Assembly (NCBI GenBank): GCA_964595645.1
Contig: CAZQQT010000005.1
Span: forward strand, 96,001-160,000
Length of the DNA stretch: 64,000 nucleotides
Origin: an uncultured Thermococci archaeon
GTDB lineage: Archaea; Methanobacteriota_B; Thermococci; Methanofastidiosales; B48-G16
Direction: 5' to 3'
This document shows positions 38,933 to 46,781 of the stretch, one piece after another (the stretch's first letter is position 1; each line of letters starts with the position of its first letter). The notes below the pieces were generated by a model. The model was not told where the DNA came from. It did no database searches and saw nothing but the letters and a program-made list of their open reading frames with translations. The position numbers and the translations under genes are program-made.

Positions 38933-40801
38933 ATGAACGAAAAATCTACTATTCTAGTGTGTAGGGGTACAGGGTGTACCTCATCGGATTCACCAAAGAT
39001 ATATGATGCGTTAAGGGAGAAGGTCTCCGAGGAGAATCTGGACAATGTTGAAGTGAAACAGACAGGTTGCCATGGATTTTGTCAGCGGGGTCCCATCGTT
39101 GTTATCGAACCTGAAGGCACATTTTACTGTGAGGTAACACTGGATGATGTTTCCGAGATTATAGAGTCTCATATCAAAAATGATACACCCGTGGAACGCC
39201 TGTTCTACCGAGAATCAGAACATAAGGAACCAGTACGCTTTTATGAAGACATCTCCTTTTATAAAAATCAACACAGGATCATTCTGCGAAATTGTGGGAA
39301 GATCGATCCTGAAAATATTGACGACTACATTAATGCAGGGGGATATGACGGACTCAATCAAGTGCTTTCCTCTATGGCACCTGAGAATGTGGTAAGTGAA
39401 ATAAAACGATCGGGTCTTCGTGGGAGAGGAGGCGCAGGTTTTTCCACTGGATTAAAATGGATGTTTTGTCGCGGCGAAGAGAGCGATGAGAAATACATTA
39501 TATGCAACGCAGATGAGGGCGATCCCGGAGCGTTCATGGACCGCAGTATTCTAGAGGCAGATCCACACAGTGTGCTCGAGGGGCTGACAATTGGTGGATA
39601 CGCAATTGGTGCGACACAGGGATATATCTACATACGTGAAGAGTATCCCCTTGCCATTCATCGAATAAAAATTGCCATCGAACAGTCGAGAGATCGCGGT
39701 TTTTTGGGTAAAAATATCCTTGATTCTGGAGTTAACTTTGATATTAAAATAAGCAAGGGAGCAGGTGCATTTGTATGCGGCGAAGAAACAGCACTTATTG
39801 CATCTGTAGAAGGAAAACGAGGGATGCCTCGTCCTCGTCCTCCTTATCCCACTCAAAAAGGATTATGGGGAAAACCAACAGTGATAAACAATGTGAAAAC
39901 GCTGGCAAATATTCCTATAATCATCACGAAAGGAGCGGACTGGTTCTCATCCATCGGTTCGGAAAGATCCGCAGGTACTGCTGTCTTTGCTCTCACAGGA
40001 AAGGCTACAAACAGTGGACTTGTAGAAGTCCCCATGGGAACGAGGCTTCAAGACATCATCTACAATATAGGTGGCGGGATTCCTGGCGACAAAATGGTGA
40101 AAGCTGTGCAGACAGGGGGGCCCTCAGGTGGCTGTATCCCAGCACACATGGTGGGTCTTACCTTCGATTATGAATCGCTCATACAAGAAACGTACATTCC
40201 AGCCAACTATGTGGATCTTCCCATTGACTATGAAACCCTCGCTAGAGTTGGTTCTATTATGGGTTCTGGTGGAATGGTGATAATGGATGAGGATACCTGT
40301 ATGGTTGATGTTGCTCATTTTTTTCTGAGTTTTACTCAGTACGAGTCCTGCGGAAAATGTCCTCCTTGTCGTGAAGGAACGAAGAAAATGAAGGATATCT
40401 TGGAGAGAATCATTGAAGGAAGAGGAAAGATGGGAGATATAAACCTCTTAGAAGAGCTTGCTATTACTGTGAAGAGAGGTTCACTTTGCGGGTTGGGTCA
40501 AACAGCGCCAAACCCCGTATTAACAACATTGCGATATTTCAGGCACGAGTATGAGGCCCATATAAAGGATAAACGGTGTCCGGCGAAGGCCTGCAAAGCG
40601 TTGATATGGTTTGAGATCGATCCAGACACGTGCATCGGCTGCACAAAGTGCGCACGGAACTGTCCGGTGGATGCTATTACAGGTGAGGCAAAGGAACCGC
40701 ATGAAATCGATCAGGATCCGTGCATAAAATGTGGAACATGTCTGGAGGTATGTCCTGTGAATGCTGTGGAGAAGAAGACTAACAAGCCCGGAGGTGTGTA
40801 A
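38933..40801 (+). CDS. HydB/NuoF-like FMN/NAD(H) subunit of the electron-bifurcating HydABC (Bfu) type
   Basis: N-terminal CRGTGC/CHGFC; SGLRGRGGAGF; NADEGDPGAFMDR; GAFVCGEET; ESCGKC.PCREG..SLCGLG; H..KRCPAKAC; two C-terminal [4Fe-4S] motifs. Confidence 0.93.
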   Translation: MNEKSTILVCRGTGCTSSDSPKIYDALREKVSEENLDNVEVKQTGCHGFCQRGPIVVIEPEGTFYCEVTLDDVSEIIESHIKNDTPVERLFYRESEHKEPVRFYEDISFYKNQHRIILRNCGKIDPENIDDYINAGGYDGLNQVLSSMAPENVVSEIKRSGLRGRGGAGFSTGLKWMFCRGEESDEKYIICNADEGDPGAFMDRSILEADPHSVLEGLTIGGYAIGATQGYIYIREEYPLAIHRIKIAIEQSRDRGFLGKNILDSGVNFDIKISKGAGAFVCGEETALIASVEGKRGMPRPRPPYPTQKGLWGKPTVINNVKTLANIPIIITKGADWFSSIGSERSAGTAVFALTGKATNSGLVEVPMGTRLQDIIYNIGGGIPGDKMVKAVQTGGPSGGCIPAHMVGLTFDYESLIQETYIPANYVDLPIDYETLARVGSIMGSGGMVIMDEDTCMVDVAHFFLSFTQYESCGKCPPCREGTKKMKDILERIIEGRGKMGDINLLEELAITVKRGSLCGLGQTAPNPVLTTLRYFRHEYEAHIKDKRCPAKACKALIWFEIDPDTCIGCTKCARNCPVDAITGEAKEPHEIDQDPCIKCGTCLEVCPVNAVEKKTNKPGGV

Positions 40802-40802
40802 C

Positions 40803-43001
40803 ATGGTCATGCTCACAATAAATAATAAAGAAGTGGAGGGCAACGAAGGAGATACAATTCTCGAAGTGGCAGAAGCAGCAGATATTTATATCCCCACACT
40901 CTGTAACCATCCACAGTTACCACCCTTCGGTAGCTGTAGAATGTGTCTTGTTAAGGTTCAAGATATGCAGAACTACGTCCCTGCATGCACCACCCCTATT
41001 GATGAGGGGATGGTAGTGTATACAGATATAGAGGAATTGAAAAGGCTCAAACGCAACATACTTGAGCTCATACTCTGTGATCATCCAAGTGCTTGCATCG
41101 TTTGTGATGATCGAGAACTATGTTTCAAGTATCACAAAGACCCTGAGAAAGCAGGTACAACGACCGGCTGTCGTTTCTGCCCGAACAAGGATGATTGTGA
41201 ACTTTACGAAATAGCGGATCATCTTGATATAAAGGATCTGCGTTTGGAGGTAAGGTACAAAGAGTTACCAATACATCGAGATGATTTCTTTATTGAGCGA
41301 AATTATAATCTCTGTATATTATGCGGAAGATGTGTGAGAGAATGTCGTGAGATCAGAGGTGTTTCTGCCGTAGCGTTTACGGAGAGAAGCCATAAAGCTA
41401 CGGTAGGAACGGCCTTCGATAAACCATTAATAGAGAGTGAGTGTATCTTCTGTGGGGCATGCATTGATGTGTGCCCCACGGGCGCACTGTCAGAGAAGGC
41501 GTTAAAGTGGGGAGGAAAAGCTGAAAAGATAACTTCTACTACCTGCATGCTCTGTCCCTTCGGTTGCAATATCAATGTGGAGTCGAGAAGAGAAAGGGTC
41601 ATGAATGTCTGGTCACCGAGAGAGAATATAAATGAGGGGCAGTTGTGCATGAAAGGCCGCTTCATTATACCACCCCTCATGAATTCTCCGAATAGAGCCC
41701 GGCATCCAATGATACGAAAAAATGGTACATTACAACCTGTGTCGTGGGAAAAAGCCATTGCTTACGCAGCAGAACATCTAATGAAATACAATGGAGGGGA
41801 AGTGGGTATTGGTGTTTCTTCGTGGCTCACAAACGAGGATGCATATCTCCTTCAGAAGTTTGCACGAGGTGTAATGGGTACCGACAACTTACTTCCGATA
41901 TCGTCCATGATACAGGGTGTTGCCCGCCCACTTGCCGAAAATTTTGGATTCTGCGGCCCTACAGGAACGATAGAGAAGCTCGATACCGCAGATACGATTC
42001 TTATCATCGGTACAGATCTCAATCTCTCGGCACCTGTGCTCCTCGTTCCTACATATAGGGCGAAAACAAGAGGTGCTACAGTCATCATGATCGGTACCAA
42101 TACAACGAAAGTCCCAAAGTATGTGGACACATACGTTTCTCCCAAAAAGTATAGATCATTTTTCACTGAAGTAATGAAAAAAATGGAGAAAGAAAAAGAA
42201 AATCCTGAAGGAGATAGTGGGAAGGTAGCCGAGGCGTTAAAGCATGGAAACACTGTGATTATCTTTGGTCCGGGTCTTACCGGTGAAGATGGTGCCGAAA
42301 CTGTAAAAATTCTTAGTGATACTCTCTCCCAGAAACATATCACTGTGCTACCGGCATGGGATGGCGGTAACCTGCAGGGAATACTGGATATGGGCGCCGT
42401 ATCGGGAATACTACCAGGACAGCACTCTCTTTCCTCTGAGGATGCAAAAACACGTATAGAACATTTATGGAATCTCCCGATAGCTGAAAGTACCGGAAAA
42501 CAGGAAAACATGAAGGTTCTCTATCTCACAGAACCTGTGTCGTCTGTTCCCGAGAATGTGGAGTTCCTCGTGCTTCATACTATCTTCGATACGGATCTCG
42601 CTGAAAGGGCCGATGTTGTCTTTCCCACTACTGCGTTCACAGAAATGGAGGGCACAGTAACGAATCTTGAAGGGAGGGTACAACGTGTTACTCAATGCAC
42701 CAACCCTCCTGCCATGGCGATGAGCCCCTGGAGGGCAATTACTAACCTCGCAGAAGCGATGGACGCTTCAGGATTTGAATATGAGGCTGTGAGTGAGGTG
42801 ACAGATGAGATATTCCAATGTATACCAGAAATGGATATAGGAATTTATTCCAGACAGAAGAAGAAATCGGAACAACTGAGTATCGGTGAAGATGAAATCC
42901 CTCCCCCCCATGGAGAGCTTGGATACGGAGGTACATATCTCGGCGATCTCGTAAAGGATTTTGATGCTATCGTTTCATACTGGAGGTCTAACAATGAATA
43001 A
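40803..43001 (+). CDS. HydA/NuoG/FdhA-like FeS subunit with degenerate molybdopterin-fold domain
   Basis: IPTLC..GSCRMC..C; H..C..C; CILCGRC..C; CIFCGAC..CP; CMLCPFGC..C; FDH-like scaffold (TNE..Y..QKFAR, EGT.TN.EGRVQ) without an H-cluster or Mo-ligating Cys/Sec motif. Confidence 0.85.
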   Translation: MVMLTINNKEVEGNEGDTILEVAEAADIYIPTLCNHPQLPPFGSCRMCLVKVQDMQNYVPACTTPIDEGMVVYTDIEELKRLKRNILELILCDHPSACIVCDDRELCFKYHKDPEKAGTTTGCRFCPNKDDCELYEIADHLDIKDLRLEVRYKELPIHRDDFFIERNYNLCILCGRCVRECREIRGVSAVAFTERSHKATVGTAFDKPLIESECIFCGACIDVCPTGALSEKALKWGGKAEKITSTTCMLCPFGCNINVESRRERVMNVWSPRENINEGQLCMKGRFIIPPLMNSPNRARHPMIRKNGTLQPVSWEKAIAYAAEHLMKYNGGEVGIGVSSWLTNEDAYLLQKFARGVMGTDNLLPISSMIQGVARPLAENFGFCGPTGTIEKLDTADTILIIGTDLNLSAPVLLVPTYRAKTRGATVIMIGTNTTKVPKYVDTYVSPKKYRSFFTEVMKKMEKEKENPEGDSGKVAEALKHGNTVIIFGPGLTGEDGAETVKILSDTLSQKHITVLPAWDGGNLQGILDMGAVSGILPGQHSLSSEDAKTRIEHLWNLPIAESTGKQENMKVLYLTEPVSSVPENVEFLVLHTIFDTDLAERADVVFPTTAFTEMEGTVTNLEGRVQRVTQCTNPPAMAMSPWRAITNLAEAMDASGFEYEAVSEVTDEIFQCIPEMDIGIYSRQKKKSEQLSIGEDEIPPPHGELGYGGTYLGDLVKDFDAIVSYWRSNNE

Positions 43002-43827
43002 AATAATCACTATAAAGGAAATTGTACCCAATGTTCATGAAATCACAGTAAAAGCTCCAGAAGTGGCAGTAAAGGCAAAACCCGGTCAGTTTGCAGTGAT
43101 CATCCCTGATAAAGTAGGAGAGCGGATTCCATTGAGCCTTGCGAATTGGGATACATCTGAGGGGACTGTTACTATGGATTTTTTAGAGGTGGGCGTGTCA
43201 ACAATGAAGCTCGCTAGGAAAAAGGCAGGCGACATGATAGATTTTATGGCACCATTAGGCGAACCTGCAACAATAAAGGAGTATGGTACAGTGTTTATTG
43301 GAGGAGGATGTTATGGGATCGGTGCAATATATCCTATTTTAAAAGCGATGAAAGAGGCAGGTAACCGTACGATTACAGCTATTGAGGCAAGGAGTGAGTA
43401 TTTACTCTACAATGAAGAACTGTTGAAGAATTATTCAGATAGATTTATCATTACAACGTCGGATGGAAGTAGAGGAGAGAAAGGAAAGGTAAAATCAATG
43501 TTCAACGCATTGATAGAAAGTGGTGAAAAAATAGACATGGCGTACTTCATGGGATGTACCTTTATGATGATGATATCCGCCGAGAGGGCAAAAGAGCACG
43601 ATATAAAAAATTTTGTGTATCTCAATCCACTAATGGTGGATGCCACAGGTATGTGCGGCGTATGCAGAGTGAATGTGGGAGGAAAGACGAAATTCGCCTG
43701 TGTTGATGGTCCAGAGTTCCCAGGGAACGAGGTAGATTGGGAAGAGCTGTTCACACGAAAGGATCAGTATGCAGTACATGAGAGAGAGGCGTATCAGCAC
43801 AAATGTAGGTTAGAGGGAGGTGAGTAA
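42994..43827 (+). CDS. nfnA: NfnA-like subunit, variant copy 2
   Basis: PGQF..GERIPLSL, GGGCYG, GCTFMM, MVDATGMCGVCRV..CVDGPEF. Confidence 0.88.
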   Translation: MNKIITIKEIVPNVHEITVKAPEVAVKAKPGQFAVIIPDKVGERIPLSLANWDTSEGTVTMDFLEVGVSTMKLARKKAGDMIDFMAPLGEPATIKEYGTVFIGGGCYGIGAIYPILKAMKEAGNRTITAIEARSEYLLYNEELLKNYSDRFIITTSDGSRGEKGKVKSMFNALIESGEKIDMAYFMGCTFMMMISAERAKEHDIKNFVYLNPLMVDATGMCGVCRVNVGGKTKFACVDGPEFPGNEVDWEELFTRKDQYAVHEREAYQHKCRLEGGE

Positions 43828-43829
43828 CA

Positions 43830-45308
43830 ATGCCGTACAAATACGAGGGAAAACAGCTTTCTCCTGAAGAAAGAAAAGAAAGAATGAAAAAATCCAGAAA
43901 AAAAATGCCCGAGCAAGATCCAAAAGTACGAATTACAAATTTCAACGAGGTAAACTTAGGTTACAATGCCGAAACAGCTATTAAGGAGGCGAAAAGATGC
44001 CTTCTCTGTGCGAACTCACCATGTGTGAGGGGATGCCCAGTCAGCATTAAGATCCCTGAGTTCCTTGATAAAGTAACGGAGGGTAAGTTCGTTGAGGCAC
44101 TTGAGATAGTAAAGGAGGACAATGTACTCCCCGCAGTTACTGGGAGAGTATGCCCACAAGAAATCCAATGTGAAGGAGAGTGTACCCAGGGAAAGGTCAA
44201 CGATCATCCTCTTGGGATTGGTTATCTCGAACGGTTTGTGGCGGATTACGAGCGTACTTCCTCCGAGTCGTGTTGCGTAGAGGTAAAGCCCTCTTCCGGG
44301 AAAAAGGTGGCTGTAGTAGGATCTGGTCCTGGAGGTCTCACTGTGGCAGCAGATGCAGCGAGAGAGGGGCATGAGGTGCATGTCTTCGAAGCGCTCCACA
44401 AACCAGGAGGTGTGCTCATCTACGGTATTCCAGAATTCCGGCTACCAAAGGATATTGTCGCGTATGAGATTGAAGGACTCCGTGAGATGGGAGTCACATT
44501 TCATACGAGCCATGTCATCGGGAGAATCTATACCATCGATGATCTTCTGGATAAGAAAGGATTCGATGCAGTCTATCTCGGCATTGGCGCAGGACTCCCT
44601 CGATTCATGAGGATCAGTGGCGAGAACCTCAATGGGATCTACAGTGCCAACGAGTACCTCACCAGATCGAACCTGATGAAAGCGTACGATTTTCCCGCTT
44701 ACGACACTCCAATTTTACGAGGAAGAAATGTAGCAGTAATCGGAGGAGGAAATGTTGCCATGGACTCGGTACGGACTGCCCTGCGGCTCGGAGCAGAGAA
44801 TGCGTATCTCGTCTACCGACGTGCCAGAAAACAAATGCCCGCGAGAGATGAAGAAATAAAACATGCAGAGGAAGAAGGGGTCGATTTTAGACTGTTAAGA
44901 AATCCTGTGAAGTATATTGGTAATGAAAACGGATGGGTGGAGCAGATGGAATGCATCAAGATGGAGCTCGGCGAGCCCGATGAGTCAGGGAGAAAGCGTC
45001 CTGTTCCTATCGAAGGAAGTGAGTTTACTCTCGATGTAGATCTCGTTGTCGTTGCCATTGGTACCGGTGCCAACCCACTATTGACTCATGCAACTCCAGG
45101 ACTTGAGACGGATGACTGGGGATATATAAAGGTCAACGAACAGTTCCAGACGGCAAAAGAGGGCGTGTTTGCAGGAGGAGATATTGTAAGGGGTGGAGCA
45201 ACGGTAATTCTTGCCATGGGTGATGGCCGCAGCGCGGCGAAATCCATAAATGCGTATCTTGAAACAGAAGGGTGGCCCGAAGAGATAACACCACAGGACT
45301 TCTGGTAG
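43830..45308 (+). CDS. nfnB: NfnB large subunit, copy 2
   Basis: RCLLC..PC..GCP, GRVCPQE.QCE..C, YGIPEFRLP, GGGNVAMD, YRRARKQMPAR. Confidence 0.93.
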   Translation: MPYKYEGKQLSPEERKERMKKSRKKMPEQDPKVRITNFNEVNLGYNAETAIKEAKRCLLCANSPCVRGCPVSIKIPEFLDKVTEGKFVEALEIVKEDNVLPAVTGRVCPQEIQCEGECTQGKVNDHPLGIGYLERFVADYERTSSESCCVEVKPSSGKKVAVVGSGPGGLTVAADAAREGHEVHVFEALHKPGGVLIYGIPEFRLPKDIVAYEIEGLREMGVTFHTSHVIGRIYTIDDLLDKKGFDAVYLGIGAGLPRFMRISGENLNGIYSANEYLTRSNLMKAYDFPAYDTPILRGRNVAVIGGGNVAMDSVRTALRLGAENAYLVYRRARKQMPARDEEIKHAEEEGVDFRLLRNPVKYIGNENGWVEQMECIKMELGEPDESGRKRPVPIEGSEFTLDVDLVVVAIGTGANPLLTHATPGLETDDWGYIKVNEQFQTAKEGVFAGGDIVRGGATVILAMGDGRSAAKSINAYLETEGWPEEITPQDFW

Positions 45309-45394
45309 TAGAGCGAATAATATTCACCACAAAATTTTTAAAGATTTTTAGGTTTTTTTGTGTAGATACAAGAGGACAGTAGAGGCGATTGAAT

Positions 45395-46744
45395 ATGAAA
45401 AAAACAGATGTTCTGGTAATAGGTGGAGGTCCCGCAGGCATTATTACAGCAGTAACTGCAAAGTCAAACTACCCCAAAAAAGATATTTTAGTCATTCGGA
45501 AGGAAGAGAAGGTACTTGTACCATGTGGTATTCCGTATATCTTCGGTACTCTCGAAAGTAGCGATAAAAATGTTATTTCAGATACAGTATTAGACAATGC
45601 TGATGTAGATCTAAAAAGTGATGAGGTAGTTTCTGTAGACAAGGAGGATAAGATTGTAAAAACACAAGATGGTACAGAGATACGCTTTGAAAAGTTGATT
45701 TTTGCCACAGGTTCCTCCCCATACTTTCCAAAGTGGTTGAAAGGTGCCGATTTGGAAAATGTTTTTACTATAAAGAAAAATAAGAGTTATTTGGAGAAGA
45801 TCAAGAAAAAGCTCCAGAACTGTAAAAAAGTGGTGGTGGTTGGAGGAGGATTTATTGGCGTTGAAGTATCTGATGAATTAAATAAGATGGGTAAAGAGGT
45901 AACTATCGTTGAGATCCTTCCTCATGTCTTAGGGCTTGTATTTGATGACGGGTTTGCGAGTACAGCGGAAGAAACACTTCGATCTCGAGGAATATCACTC
46001 AAGACCGGTGCGGGAATAAAAGAAATTTTGGGAGATAAGAAGGTAGAGTCTGTCTTGTTGGAAAATGGAGAAAAAATAGAATGTGATGTAGTGATTCTAT
46101 CAATGGGGTACCGTCCTAACTCTGCACTTGCAGAAGAAGCAGGGCTGAAAGTTGGAGAGAACAAGGGAATCTGGGTAGATGAGTATATGAGAACGGATCA
46201 TCTTGATATTTTTGCTGTGGGCGATTGTGCGGAGAAAAGATCCTTCATAACAAGAAAAGTAAGTAATGTAATGCTAGCCTCTACTGCTACTACTGAGGCA
46301 CGCGTAGCAGGAATGAATCTCTACAATCTCGAAATCTTAAAAACGTTCAACGGGACTATTAGTATCTTTTCTACTGCGCTAGGAGATGCAGGGTTTGCTG
46401 CAGCTGGAATAACTGAATCTCAAGCAAAAGAAAAAGGATTTAAAACTGTTACAGGTACTTTTGAGACGGTTGATAAACATCCCGGATCGCTTCCAAATAC
46501 TCACAAGCAAAAAGTCAAACTTATAGCTTCTAGTTCATCCGGCATAGTTCTTGGAGGGCAGATTGCAGGAGGCGAAAGCGTTGGAGAGCTCATAAATGTC
46601 ATTGGTTTGGCGATTCAGAATAAGATGAGTGCAACATCACTTCTAACGTCTCAGATAGGAACACACCCACTGCTCACTGCGCCTCCAACAGCGTATCCAA
46701 TTATAAAATGTGCAGAAATTATTTCTAAAAAATTGAGAAAATAA
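45395..46744 (+). CDS. CoA-disulfide/persulfide reductase or NADH oxidase-like flavoprotein
   Basis: GGGPAG, single redox Cys PCGIPY, ATGS, GGGFIGVE, FAVGDC, C-terminal dimerisation domain (THPLLT). Confidence 0.88.
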   Translation: MKKTDVLVIGGGPAGIITAVTAKSNYPKKDILVIRKEEKVLVPCGIPYIFGTLESSDKNVISDTVLDNADVDLKSDEVVSVDKEDKIVKTQDGTEIRFEKLIFATGSSPYFPKWLKGADLENVFTIKKNKSYLEKIKKKLQNCKKVVVVGGGFIGVEVSDELNKMGKEVTIVEILPHVLGLVFDDGFASTAEETLRSRGISLKTGAGIKEILGDKKVESVLLENGEKIECDVVILSMGYRPNSALAEEAGLKVGENKGIWVDEYMRTDHLDIFAVGDCAEKRSFITRKVSNVMLASTATTEARVAGMNLYNLEILKTFNGTISIFSTALGDAGFAAAGITESQAKEKGFKTVTGTFETVDKHPGSLPNTHKQKVKLIASSSSGIVLGGQIAGGESVGELINVIGLAIQNKMSATSLLTSQIGTHPLLTAPPTAYPIIKCAEIISKKLRK

Positions 46745-46781
46745 GTTTCTTTAAGTCGATCTGGAAGGAGGAGACAAAAAA

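Noticed and set aside
41852-42511. Long antisense ORFs (also 62393-63031, 6759-7286, 21162-21710, 2770-3288)
   Set aside because: These are shadow frames of well-supported genes, with no motifs or translation signals.
40803-43001. Formate dehydrogenase or [FeFe]-hydrogenase call
   Set aside because: There is no Cys/Sec-His Mo/W ligand motif and no H-cluster motifs.
36922-45308. Glutamate synthase small subunits
   Set aside because: Both GltD-like genes pair with NfnA-like genes and there is no gltB, so NfnB is the better call.
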